A DNA stretch of 64,000 nt from contig CM075988.1 in assembly GCA_038087875.1 (NCBI GenBank), forward strand, positions 24,802,001 through 24,866,000, given 5' to 3'. This DNA is from Malacoraja senta (Eukaryota). Made by a program: the position numbers and the translations under genes. The notes beneath the pieces were generated by a model. That model did no database searches, had not been told where the DNA came from, and saw only the letters and a list, made by a program, of their open reading frames with translations. How positions within the stretch are numbered: position 1 is the first letter of the stretch; each line of letters opens with the position of its first letter. Shown here in pieces: positions 36,513 through 49,255 of the stretch.

Positions 36513-36808
36513 GGTTAGTTTAGTTTTGAGATACAACGTGGAAACATGCCCTTCGGCCCAACTAGTCCGCAGCGACCATTGATTACCCGTACACCACTTC
36601 TAGCCTACACGCTAGGGGCAATTTACAGAAGCCAATTAATCCACAAACCTGCACTTCTTTGGAATGTGGAAGGAAACCGGAGCACCCGGAGAAAACCCAC
36701 GCGGTCATGGGGAGAACAAGCAAACTCCACACAGACAGCAGCCGTAGTCAGGATCTAACCCGGATCTCTGGTGCTGTGAGGCAGCATCTCTACCACCATG
36801 CCTGCCGT
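36513..36808 (-). mobile_element. HE1-type V-SINE
   Basis: Reverse-strand HE1 consensus with (taaac)n tail. Confidence 0.88.
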
Positions 36809-36949
36809 CTTTGATTAAACCAGATCTCAATCTCAATTTATGGATTAATAGATTTATAGTAAACTCACTGAAGGAGGTTGTTTGACCTATTATGTCTGCA
36901 TAAAATGGGGACTAAAAGCTACCTATACTAATCTCTCCATCTGTCTGTC

Positions 36950-39675
36950 CAGTCCATAACCTCACAGCTCAAAACACCGCAAGTACAAAATATAATGAGA
37001 GTTTCTGCCTCGATCATACATTCAGGCAGTGAGTTCCAAACATCCACTACCCGCCTAAGGGGAAAATAGTGTTTCCTCATCTCTCCTCTAATCCTTCCAC
37101 CACTTACTGTAAGTCTGTGCCCCCCCTAGTTTTTTACCCCATTACTAACAGAAATAAATCCTTCCTATTTATTCAACTTGGGTCCCTCGGAATGATATGT
37201 ACCAAAATTAAATCTCTCAGCCTCCTCTGTTCCAAAAGAAATAACCCTAGCTTATCCAAACTTCCTTCATAACCACATTTTTTCCCAGTCCCAGCAACAT
37301 AATCAAAAATCTCCTCCGCACGCTCTCCCTTCAATCACATCTTCCCTATAATGTGGTGACCAAGAATGTACATGGGACATTCCTGTGGCCGAAATAGTGT
37401 TGTATACAGTTCAAGGTACCATCCCTGTTCTAATATTCAGCAGCTCAACTAATATAGCAAAGTCCCCACGTATGTTTTTATTAACCATTTTATGGGTCAA
37501 TGTACATTCACTCGCAGAGCACACAAGTCAGTAAATTCCCATTTATTGCATGTTCCCTTGCCACATAGCAACTCCCTAAATGTTTTACTTAAGACTTCTA
37601 CAGATTAAATGTTCTCTTCATTTAACCAGACCATCTACATCTCCTGTATTCCAAAGCTTTCTTGTTCACTGTCAACCACATGATCAAACGTTATCCTTCT
37701 CTTCTACACCCCCTGTTTGGTTAAATCTGTAATGTATATTACAAACAGTTAAGGACTGTGCACTAAGACCTGTTGACCCACACCTATAAAAGCCTTCCAG
37801 ACATAAAAACACCTGTGAATGCTTACCATTTGCTACTCTATTCCCTTGTGTTTTTACACTCTTGATCAGCCTGCCATGGAAACAATGTCAAAAGTCTTGC
37901 AAATGTCCAGGTGGACTCCACAAAATGTACTGTCCTCATTGACTCCCTTTGTTACCTCCCAAAATTAGTCCGACAGGTCCTCCCTAAAACAAATCATTCG
38001 GACTGTCCCTGATTAATCTGTGTCCTTCTAAATAAAGGTTAGAGTTGTCACGTTGAATTGATTCCAGACATCTTGGCCACCACTGAAATTAAATTGACTT
38101 GCAATTATTCAGTTTATTGCTTCTTTTATTATTTAAGTCATGATATAATGTTAACATTCCTCGATCTTTTGGTAATATTCCTGCTGGAAACATTGAAGCA
38201 TGAGCCTCCTTTTCTCCTTTGCTTTCATCAGCCTGAGATATATTGCGTCTTGTTCTGGAAATGTATCCACTTTTCAAAGTGCTAAACCCCTTAATACCCA
38301 CTTTTTTTTTTACTGTGTTTATCTTATCCAATATTTCACACTTAACCTCTTCAATTGATTAGTATCATCTAAACTTTTAGTGAAAACAGCCACAAAATAT
38401 TCATTAAGAATATTGCTCCTATCCTCTTTTTCTACATTAGTTCCTTTCTGGTCCATAATACTTTATAATCTTAATAAATATTTTGCTCCTTATGTGCTTG
38501 AATATTTCTGTTTTCTTTGATGTTACGTCTGTGTTTTTCAGAAAATCTCTGCATTCCAAATTTATAATTTTATTTCCATAATAACTTCTACACTCTTTCT
38601 GCTGTATTACACTTTCAATTGTTTGCATAATATTTAATGATTCATATTTCCTTACACTATAGGAGGCCATTCAGCCCATGGAGTCTATGCTGGTTCTCAG
38701 AGCAATCCCAACAATCAAGAAGGGTCTCGACCCTAAACGTTACCTATTCTTTTTCTCCAGAGATGATGTGTGACCCATGGAGTTGCTCCCTTTTTGTGTC
38801 TGTCTGTCTTCAGTTTAAACAAGCATCTGCAGTCCCTTCCTACACAAACCTATTTTCAATATCTATTGTCCCACTGATTCTATCGTCGGCCATGGTGGCG
38901 TTTTGTTTACTGTGTCCAATTAACCCAACAGCCTGGTTGTCTTAGGTTACGGAAGGAAGCCAGAACATCCAGAGGAAACCTATGTACTCCACAGGGAGAA
39001 CGTGTAATCCAGAGGTCATGGTTGAACCAGGGTCACTGTGAGTGTTGAACAGCTTTTCACCCTGTGACACCTGTTTTCCCAAAGTTTCCCTCTTTCTTTG
39101 CCTTATCTAACTGGTTATGCACCTTGGCATCCAGGATGCCCCAGGTCCCTATCTCCTTGAGGAACATGCTCTTTGCATGGTGACTTTTTGCATACTTGTG
39201 TACTGCATGCAAAACAATTTCACTGTACCAAGTAAACGTGACAAGAAAGAATCAATCGATATATATTTTCTACCGAATCTCTGCTGGAATGCCCTCTCAT
39301 TGCTTTTGCACTGATTGACATAAAGGTAGCTACTTCCAGTCCACTTCTGCTATATCACTTTTAAATCCAGTAACATTGATCTTACCCCAGTTTAAAACCT
39401 TGGCTCCTGTTGTATCTTTCCTCCTTCCTGTAACTACACTGTGATCACTGCCACAAAAATGCTTTCCCACTGACACTCTTCCCACCCGCAAGCTTCATTC
39501 CTAAAAAAAAACAAATGCAGAATTCCCCCATCCCCCTGTCCGCCCCCTTGATAGGCTTCCTACATGCTGGTAAAAACAAAAACTCTCCTGAATTTAAATT
39601 TGAAATGATGCACCCTCCACTTCTTCACATTGACGGTATCCCAGTTAATGTTCAAGAAATAGAAATCCCCCACTA
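36950..39675 (-). mobile_element. Highly decayed CR1 LINE with small nested PLE and SINE pieces (about 38650-39260)
   Basis: ggcagtgagttccaaacatccactac, tgtcaaaagtcttgcaaatgtccaggt (DF.K.FD), gaaatcccccactatta (GDF); boundaries approximate. Confidence 0.6.
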
Positions 39676-39694
39676 TTATTGCTTGTAGTCACTG

Positions 39695-40217
39695 ATCTCA
39701 TAGAGTTGTATAAAATCATGAGAGGAGTAGATCGGGTAGATGCACAGAGTCTTTTGCCCAGAGTAGGGGAACCGAGGACCAGAGGACCTCGATGGGTTCA
39801 AGGTGAAGGGGAAAAGATTTAATAGGAATCTGAGGAGTAAAGTTTTCACACAAAGGGTGGTGGGTGGTGGTGGAACGAGCTGCCAGAGGAGGTAGTTGAG
39901 GCTGGGACTATCCCAACGTTTAAGAGCAGGTACACGGATAGGACGGGTTTGGAGTGATGTAGACCAAGTGCAGGCAGTTGGGACTAGTGTAGCTGGGACA
40001 TGTTGGCCAGTGTGTGCAAGTTGGGCCAAAGGGCCTGTTTCCACATTGTATCACTCTATGACTAGTGTAGCTGGGTCATGTTGGCCGGTGTGGGCAAGTT
40101 GGGCCGAAGGGCCTGTTTCCACACTGTATTACTCTATGACTAGTGTAGCTGGGACATGTTGGGCGGTGTGGGCAAGTTGGGCCGAAGGGCCTGTTTCCAC
40201 ACTGTATGACTCTCTAT
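39695..40217 (+). mobile_element. CR1 LINE 3' end with triplicated 78-bp terminal unit
   Basis: YKIMRGVDRV...FTQRVV; units start at 39982, 40060 and 40138. Confidence 0.88.
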
Positions 40218-40624
40218 GTCCCATCTACACTAGTCCCACCTGCCTGTGTTTGGCCCATATCTCTCTAAACCCGTCCTAAACATGTACCTGAAACTCTAGC
40301 AATTATTCTCGCCTTGTTCTGAATCCTGCAATGCTCACCCCACCCTGACCCCAAGGGATCGCTCTCTCTGTCAACCTTAACCTTCTTAAAAGCATTCATA
40401 TCACAATTGGTTTGGTGAGTTTTCGGTCAGTCCTTTCAGTGAGGCCATTCAGGCCTTCTGTATTATCCGCGTCCATTGGTAGGAGGCACCGGAACGTTTA
40501 CCATTGTAAAACAGAAGGACAAGTGATCGCTGATTTTAATTGTGTCGGCTAGTTACATACTCAGTTTCTCATACTACTGAGCGTTGCTGTTCAAAGAATA
40601 GTGCAAACATAATACATTGAGACA

Positions 40625-40845
40625 GTGGGGTGGTGAATCTGTGGAATTCATTGCCGCAGGAGGCTGTGGAGGCCAAGTTGATGGATATTTTTAAGGCAGA
40701 GATTGATAAATTCTTGATTAGTACGGGTGTCAGGGGTTATGGGGAGAAGACAGGAGAATGGGGTTAGGAGGGGGAGATAGATCGGCCATGACTGAATGGT
40801 GGAGTAGACTTGATGGGCCGAATGGCCTAATTCTGCTCCTATCAT
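40625..40845 (+). mobile_element. CR1 LINE 3' end
   Basis: gtggtgaatctgtggaattc...gatgggccgaatggcctaattctgctcct. Confidence 0.88.
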
Positions 40846-43470
40846 TTATGAATTTACAAACAATATAAGACATTTTATCATTTCAATAATAATCTGGGAA
40901 CACAGATTATAAACAGAACAAAATACTGGTTTTCATTCTTTCTATTTTTAACCGCCTCTATCAAATCTTTCTCTGCTCTTTCCTCACCCCCTGTTCTCTC
41001 ACCCTCTACATTCATCTCTCCCCTTCGCCCTCCATTGTTTCGTACTCAATTTTTGCCTCTCTTCGAACGAAATGGCTAAATGGTCCCGAGATAGCCATTA
41101 CACATTCTACATTTAAAGGTTTTTTTTTTTAAACTTTTGATAACCATGTTCTCCACTTATCAATAAGAATGTTCTTTTATTTATTTTGACTCCTAGTGTT
41201 CCTAAAACTCCGAGTAATATCACAAAGAAAAACATTCTTTCAGCCCGCCTCCGTAAACCAGCATTGACTAACAAGCATCACGGAGCTTTTTTGCTGAAAC
41301 AATGCGGACCGCTCAGACATTTTCGTACATATTAAATTATTTTTGTGTGCTTGCAATAAAGAAGGCTAATTTCTAGATTGGGAAGGTCGCCCGCTTGCTT
41401 CATGCTTTAAAAAAAGCAGGGATGAAAATTATTCACGTTTTGCTGCCAAGCCATTGAAAAGACGTGTTTGGCTAATGAAATCGCCATGGAAACGAGGTGT
41501 AAAAATTGTTTCATTTGCAGAGAGCAGCCAGAAGCTCTCGCTGGCACAGCCGTCTGTAGGTGCTCATTTGCAATGCACGCCTACATTTTTGTCTGTCTAG
41601 TTTTCACGCACTCCCTCTTCACCTTTCTTTAAAAATAAATCGATATTTTCGCTAATTTAATAACCAAGGTTAGGATTATCGAATGGGTCTGCTTTTCCCC
41701 ATGAGCTCAGCTTTTGTGTTCTGCTGAAAGTGTAACACGGGGGGGGGGGGGAAATCGCCTCTTTGTTGCCGCTGAGCAGGTTTATTCTGGCTCCTGTCCA
41801 TATCCTTTCTGTTTTACACGTTGCGCTAATTAAACGCCGTTTTCACCGAGGTTTCATTAAGTTTCACACGCTTAATTTCCTCCCAGGGCTGTTTCTTCAC
41901 AAGGGGGACGAGCGGATTTCCCTCCGACGTTTTATTTCTCGTTCTCCACAATCCCAACACCCCACCCGGTTGAAATTTAAAGATACATTCGATGAAAAAT
42001 CGGCGCAATTGTGTGTGTGTGTGCCTCGGTTGTTCTGTTCTCATCTGTTCTGTTTGAAAATGCTGCGCAAATTCGCAAAGCTGCGAACGGGGCAATTAAA
42101 AAGGCCGTTTAATTTCGGGTTGAGAAACTGACCTGCGAAGTGCACTTTGTACATTGTGAGACTGAGAGTACTTGGCTGGACGGACTCTGTCTACTGGTGT
42201 AACGAGCGCTGCATGCATGTGCAAGGTCTTGCACACCTCAGCTGCCCACTACAATAGGGGGCTTGTGAGTTCCTGAGTAATAAATCCTAGACCTTCCACC
42301 CCCCCCCCCCCTTAAAGTCTTCACTTTCGTTGCCTTAGTGGCGAACCTTTGTTTTCCTGTCTGCAGGAGTGGTCGACACTGTCGACTAAGCAACGACGGC
42401 CGCTGCTTCACAATGGCCTATTTCTCCCCCTCGCAGCTAAGAGTTAAAAAAAAAAGGATGGCGGGAGGGAGTAAGAGAAGGGAACTTAAAGCAACAGCAG
42501 CAAAACTAAACCACTGACTGCTCCGCCAGCAGCCAGCCAGGATCGGCGCGGTGTCTTGAACATCTAAAATAATAGTTCAATTTTTCTCACTGAGTGCAAC
42601 TTTGTAAACGAGCAAACATCAATATTGAATGAATTTGTTGCGCCAAGTCCCCCCCCCCCCCCCCCCCCACCTCTCTCTCTCTCACTCTTCCCCCCCTGAA
42701 CAGTCCTGAATAGAGAGGGTTGCGGCATTCACATCAAAGTCTTCAAACAAAGCTTTCGGAGTCTGAGCCATGCTGGGAGCCGGATTGAAGTTAAGATGGA
42801 AGGAAGGGGGTTGGGGCGGACGGAGGGCCGTGAAGAAAATGAAATATTTGGCATTAAGCCAAAAATAAAATTGCCAGCTCCTTCTCCATTGTCACTTAGC
42901 ATTGGAGGAAAGCTGAGATCTCTGGGGCCGGGCCCTGTGCGAGGGTGGCAGGGGCAAACGCCGGGAAAGACACCAGGCTAAGCAAAGCCCCCCCCCCCCC
43001 CCCCCCCGTAAAAGTGTGGCGGGAAAGAAGAGAGACTTTCACCCAATAACAAGATTGTCAGTGGTGTCAAGTTATCTCTTTATTTTATTTCATCCAATCA
43101 GTGCTGTCATTATTGTAAAGATTAACGTATTATTAAGATGGTAATGCAATTAGACTTGGTGATCTTGAGTCATTGACACAGGAGACTGGCTTGTGGGTTT
43201 CACGCTGAGGTGTTGTACCTGGCACCGACCGACCGGGTTGCATTCACATCATAGATTTCACATGTGCCTGTACCTATTAGGTAGCTGACATAGAAATGTT
43301 ATTTGGGAAAGCGCACACACAAACGCACACAGATTACAGAGATGAACCAAATTACAGAGATGATCCAAATAAGCTCTGAACTATATAGACAGGGGCATTA
43401 GTTTTGTCCTTTTGCACTATTCTTGTTTGTTTATGTACGGTATGGGTGTGTGTATATCTATATATATATA

Positions 43471-44740
43471 CTAGACCAAGGGGGACCCGTTGGGTCCCGT
43501 CCCCTCAACGCGGGTTGCGTGGGGGGGGGGGGCGTTTTCGGCATCACACACACACACTAACCACCCCATTAATATTATATTAATATTATTCATTCGCTCC
43601 TTTTACCCCATCCCCTGCCCTATTCACTCACGCATAGTCCCCAATTGCGCAGGTGCGGCTAGAGAGGAGGGGGAGGGGGGTAGAGGGGGAGAAGGAGGGG
43701 GGTAGAGATTAAGGGGTGGGGAGGCGCGGCATCACAGGGGAGGGCTGGTTCCTGAACACAATACACCACCACTCACCCATAGGTCCCAATATTCACCACT
43801 CCCTAGTGAGTGAGGGAAGGGGGCAGATAGGGAGAGCCCCCTCCTCCACCCTCCCTCCATCCCCCTCCCTCCCCCCTTCTCCCCACCTCCCTACACCCCC
43901 CTCTCCTCCCCCCCTCCACCCTCCCTCCACCCCCTCCCTCCCTACACCCCCCTCTCTCTCCCACCCCCCCTCTCTCTCTCTCTTTCTCTGCCCAGGGGGT
44001 GGATGGAGAGGGAGGGGGAGGGGGTAGAGGCAGCATCTACCCAGGTCGTAGAGCAGAATCCTCCCGAGCTAGGCTGAGGCCGGCGTGGACTGGCGAGCGA
44101 GGCCCGGAGCGATCTAAGGACGGTGAAAAGCAGCGGAGGGCTGGCCGATCGTGGCTTCCGCGAGGGTAAGCCCACCCACCAGCGTGACAGACGATCGGGC
44201 GGGGGAGACGGAGAAGAGGTTGTCCCCTGTGACGGCCGCCACGGCCACTTTTCCACTGCGCTTGTCCGCGCCCGTGCTGTGATAAAAACTGCCGCCGCCA
44301 TGTTGTAGAACTTGAAGGAGCCCTGCACGACTTGAGCACGTGTTCAACAGCTTCAATCCAGAGCCCTGGGGGGTGGGGGGAAGGGCGACTTGGCCACGTA
44401 TCTCGCAGCTCGTGGAAAACAGTGGGACTGCGCGTTGAAAATTCTGCGCAGCTTGCCGCGAGGAGCAGAGGCATTGTGACGTCATCCAGCTCGCTTCAGC
44501 ACGTTAGATTTTAAAAAGATGTCAGATTGTTCAGCAATTTTAGTAAAAAAACTCGGGAAATAATAAATCAAATTTTCAGATGAGGGGATTTTTGAGATCA
44601 TGACATATATCTCTACCGGAATATGTAACATTTTCACCGTTACCACGTCGGGTTTTCGAGGAGATGTGAATCAAAGAAAAAGTTCAAGCAAGCTAGCAAA
44701 CCCATAACTAAACATCTAAGATCAGAGTTTTATAATTATA
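43471..44740 (-). mobile_element. Non-autonomous Helitron A
   Basis: Minus-strand 3' end GGGACCC-AAC-GGGTCCC hairpin, then ccttggtCTAG followed by T; 5' region tataattataaaactctgatc; lies in a (TA)n tract. Confidence 0.8.
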
Positions 44741-45399
44741 CTAGACCAAGTGCAGACCCGTTGGGTCTGTTCCCACAACGCATGGTTGCAAGGGGGGGCG
44801 GCCTGACGTCATCGCACAACGCCACGCGTTAGGTGTACGCCGTCAAGACACTGCATACGACGTCGAGAATCTGCGTACGACATCGAGACGCTGCGTACGA
44901 CGTCGAGACGCTGCGTACGCCCTCAATGTGCCTTCGGGCCGACAGGCCGTTGACGCGCGGGATTTTCGGAGAGTGCAAGCGTGCGGGCCGGCAGCGAGGA
45001 CGGCGAAAAGCAGCAGGGGACCAGCCGATCTGTGCCTTCCGTCAGCGTGACAGTGCCGGGCCGGGGGGGGGGGAGGTGGAGGAGAGCCGGGCGTCAGCAG
45101 CCGTTATGGTCTCGAGCGGCAAGTGATGAGAAGGTAGCCAGCAGGAGGCGACAAAATGAGTGAATGGGGGGGGGGAGGATTTTATTAAAAATGTGTACAG
45201 AAAAATTACTACATTTAATGAGGAGTGGATGAGCGAATGTAAAAGTGAAATCGCTAGCGAAATGGTAAAAATCTCAGCGTTTTAGCGTCTGATTTGGGCA
45301 GAGTAACGATTCAAAGGCCAAAAATATGAGACACACACACACACAGAGTTTTAAAAGTATATATATATATATATAATTGTATATAATTATATATATAGA
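44741..45399 (-). mobile_element. Non-autonomous Helitron B, inserted in the 5' terminus of Helitron A
   Basis: 3' CAGACCC-AAC-GGGTCTG hairpin, then cacttggtCTAG followed by T; 5' TCTATATA...cttttaaaactctgtgtg; second TCTATA at 45400-45405. Confidence 0.78.
44836..44925. repeat. 20-bp CpG-rich tandem repeat (tacgacgtcgagacgctgcg), about 4.5 copies, inside Helitron B
   Basis: tacg recurs at 44836, 44856, 44876, 44896 and 44916. Confidence 0.9.
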
Positions 45400-45414
45400 T
45401 ATAGATATATATAT

Positions 45415-45783
45415 AAAATTCTTAAGAGATTGGACAGGCTAGATGCAGGAAAAATGTTACCAGTGCTGGAGGAGTCCAGAACCAGGGGTCACAGTTTAAG
45501 AATAAGGGGTAAGCCATTAAGGACTGAGATGAGGAAAAACCTTTTCACCCAGAGAGTTGTGAATCTGCGGAATTCTCTGCCACAGAAGGCCGTGGAGGCC
45601 AATTCTCTGGATGCTTTCGAGAGAGAGAGAGAGAGAGATAGCTCTTAGGGCTAACGGAATCAAGGGATATGGGGAGAAAGCAGGAACGTGGTACTGATTT
45701 TGGATAATCAGCCATGATCATATTGAATGGCGGTGCTCGCTCAAAGGGCCGAATGGCCTACTCCTGTACCTAATTTCTATGTT

Positions 45784-45785
<2 letters not shown>
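45415..45785 (+). mobile_element. CR1 LINE 3' end in the same (TA)n tract
   Basis: LDRLDAGKML...TRGHSLRIRG...FTQRVVNL plus 3' stem. Confidence 0.9.
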
Positions 45786-45826
<41 letters not shown>

Positions 45827-47859
45827 TTGTTTTTGTGTATGTAAACACACATATAAATAACCTTTGTTCTCGTTTATTATATTGTTAATAAATTCTGTTG
45901 TGCTGCTGCAAGTAAGAATGTAATTGTTCTATCTGGGACATATGACAATAAAACACTCTTGACTCTTGACACAAAATGAATCTCAAACCCCCCCCCCCCC
46001 CACTTTATATTCCTTGTTTCGCTGGCTTCGTGTGTGAAATAACAGTTTTATTTCAGATTGTAAAGCAGGCAGCTGTCGCTGAAGGTGCCGTCACTCGGGC
46101 AGTGCCAGCCCCTATTCTGACTGGCTTCACCAGCCTGGCACTGTGGGGTCTGTGCGAGACACCCGCCATTTCCACACTCACACTAACCCCGAATCTTAAT
46201 GCGAACACTTCCAAAAATCTGTTGCCTGTATACAAATGATATCTTTTGAACAAATTATGCAGAACCCAACAAATGAAATAGGGGAGGGGGTGGAAATGGC
46301 GTTCAATAAATTTACAAGACTTCACAAGACTTCTGTATGCGGGCATTTATTTGTGCAGAGCTGCTTTGGTGTTATGCTTATTGCAATGCTAAGACAGATG
46401 GCAGGATTTCTGTCTCTGTTTGAGGGCTCTGCCCAAACCTAGGGCAAAGATGGCAAAGAGTTAGTGTCTGGTGAGTTCTCCGTCTCTCTCTCCCTCTCTC
46501 TCTCTCTGGTGGAGCGACATGTGAGAGATATTTTTTACAGGGAGTATGATATCCATTAAAATACAATATATATAATTTCTCCAATGCTCGTGGCGTTAAT
46601 GGAGACGTCAGGAATTCACTGGCGAGCATGGTAGAAAATCCGATTGAAGCCGGTAACAGCCCGATTACCAGTTTTCGCCCACTACACTATTTAAAACGAA
46701 CCAAATAAAACGTCCTACATTGAATTTCGTTACAGTTGGAACGGATTTAGAGAGGGGAAAAAAACAGGGACGCGGGAGGCATGAGGGCGGGTTGGGGAGA
46801 AACAATCGAACGAGAAAAATCCGTGGGAACGCTCCTCCTTTGAGAAAAAAACATGCCGGTGTAAAATTCTGGGAGATGAACTAAAAAGCTCCTGCGTTGA
46901 GGCTTGTTCTGCGGGTTCATCGAAGCTTCCTAACTCTGTCGGAGGAAACAAATCGGACCTTTAGTCCAATGTTCGGCATTGCGGTACTAACCCGTCTGTC
47001 CACATTGTGAACGAATATTTCTCTCAATATTTAAGTGATTACACGCCGCTCCTGCTCAAAACGCGATGAAAACTACCGTGCACGCTGAATAAATTCTGCT
47101 CTTTTCCTGGATTATTTATTTTCATCTAATTTTGCAGGCGTGGATGTAGGATTTTTTCAATTCAAACGGTGCAAGTTTTTTTTTGTGCGGGCGGTTATAT
47201 GTCATAGCTAGCATCTTTCGGTTCGATAATCTAGCGGCATTCAGAGAATGCAGAAAAGGATCAAGGTATTTCATATTTGCTGGTGCACTGCAGAGCAGGC
47301 AATGCCCAGTTCATTAAGGCCGTGTTTATTTGGGACCATTAGCTTCCGACCCGTGTAACTGCACTCATTAGGTTGATTCCATTCTTTGCCTATTTCCATG
47401 TTTAATGTCTGTGATTTCCTTCGTTTGTGTATTTTTTCCCGTTGCACCGAGATAATCATTAAACACATGCCCCGGTTCCCCTTGTCATGAAAAAGCAAGG
47501 TTATCGTGAGGAAAATGTGTTTCTCCTCCAGCTCTGACCCTGTATATTTTCAAAGCGAGCTCAACGTTGAGTTAGTGGGACTGTAACCAATGGAGAAATA
47601 GTAGGCGATCAAGCTGAACTTTCCTCAGTTAACCCTTTGTAAAGCTCGTTGCAGCATTTCTTATCTCGTCGTGTTGTAAGCATATAATCTTTCAAATGAA
47701 TGATACAAAATAGGGGTTTATATATATCCAGCTGTTGCAAAGGTGCTGATGGAGGAGTGTTTAGTTCTGCACCCAACCGATCTACAGAAAATGATAGACA
47801 CTAAATGCCGGGGTAACTCAGCGGGACAGTCAGCATCTCTGGAGAGACGGAATGGGTAA

Positions 47860-48480
47860 TGAAAGTAAGCATGCAGGTACAGCAGGCAGTGAAGAAAGCG
47901 AATGGCATGTTGGCCTACATAACAAGAGGAGTTTAGTATGGGAGCAAAGAGGTCCTTCTGCAGTTGTACAGGGCCCTAGTGAGACCACACCTGGAGTATT
48001 GTGTGCAGTTTTGGTCCCCTAATTTGAGGAAGGACATTCTTGCTATTGAGGGAGTGCAGCGTAGGTTTACAATGTTAATTCCCTGGATGGCGGGACTGTC
48101 ATATGCTGAGAGAATGGAGCTGCTGGGCTCGTACACTCTGGAATTTCGAAGGATGAGAGGGAATCTTATTGAAACATATAAGATTATTAATGGTTTGGAC
48201 ACGCTAGAGGCAGGAAACATGTTCTGAATGTTGGGGTGTCCAGAACCAGGGGGCCATAGTTCAAGAATAAGGGGTAAGCCATTTAGAACAGAGATGAGGA
48301 AACACTTTTTCACACAGAGAGTTGTGAGTCTGTGGAATTCTCTGCCGGGTGGAGGCAGGTTCTCTGGATACTTTCAAGAGAGAGCTAGATAGGGCTCTTA
48401 AAGATAGCGGAGTCAGGGGATATGGGGAGAAGGCAGGAACAGGATACTGATTGGGGATGATCAGCCATGATCACATTGAA
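47860..48480 (+). mobile_element. CR1 LINE 3' fragment
   Basis: LYRALVRPHLEYCVQFWSP...RRMRGNLIETYKI. Confidence 0.93.
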
Positions 48481-48599
48481 ATTGCAACTCAAAAGTAAAG
48501 AAAAGGTGAAAATAAATCTCGATGGTGGAAACATGAAAGAAAGAAAAAAAAATCCCAGAGTGATCAGCAGATATTTAGACCTTCCAACTGGACAGATCA

Positions 48600-48932
48600 T
48601 TGACAATAGACAATAGGTGCATGAGTAGGCCATTCGGCCCTTCGAGCCAGCACCACCATTCAATGTGATCATGGCTGATCATCCCCAATCAGTACCCCGT
48701 TCCTGCCTTCTCCCCATATCCTCTGACGTCGCTATCTTTAAGAGCCCTATCTAGCTCTCTCTTGAAAGCATCCAGAGAACCTGCCTCCACCGCCCTCGGA
48801 GGCAGAGAATTCCACAGACTCACAACTCTCTGTGAGAAAAAGTGTTTCCTCGTCTCCGTTCTAAATGGCTTACTCCTTATTCTTAAACTGTGGCCCCATT
48901 GTTCTGGAACTGTGGCCCCTGGTTCTGGAAAC
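48600..48932 (-). mobile_element. CR1 LINE 3' end, inverted relative to 47860-48480
   Basis: GHSLRIRSKPFRTETRKHFFSQRVV on the minus strand; (gacaata)n tail. Confidence 0.92.
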
Positions 48933-49255
48933 ATTAACTCTGTTTCTCATGGAACGCAAGGAACTGCAGATGCTGGTTTACAAAGGAAAATCACACAGTA
49001 CTGGAAAACTCGGCAGGTCAAGCAGCATCACCTAACAATATCCTCTGAGTATTTCCAGTATTTTCTACTTTAATTACTCCTCAAGTATTTCATTTGTAAC
49101 AGACTAATATATTCTGAGGTTTTGAAGGCCACTTTAATAATACAACCTTTTCATCATTTTATCCATCTAAATCTAGTGAGAAAGCTTTAATTGTTTCTCC
49201 CCTTCTCACTGTTGCCCAAGAAGAGCCTCAGTGATACCAACTGATGTCACTATTG

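Larger units (their letters stand above)
41200..47700. promoter_or_regulatory. CpG-enriched, largely unique block resembling a promoter or enhancer region (interrupted by TEs at 43471-45970)
   Basis: Visibly more CpG than the flanks, poly-C/G runs, few old repeats, TGACA/TGTCA and TAAT motif clusters at 43050-43300; gene not identifiable. Confidence 0.45.

Noticed and set aside
43391..43400. miR-365-like TAATGCCCCT on the minus strand
   Set aside because: Match stops at 10 nt; no precursor hairpin seen
44836..44925. CRISPR-like array
   Set aside because: Contiguous 20-bp units with no unique spacers, no cas genes, eukaryotic context
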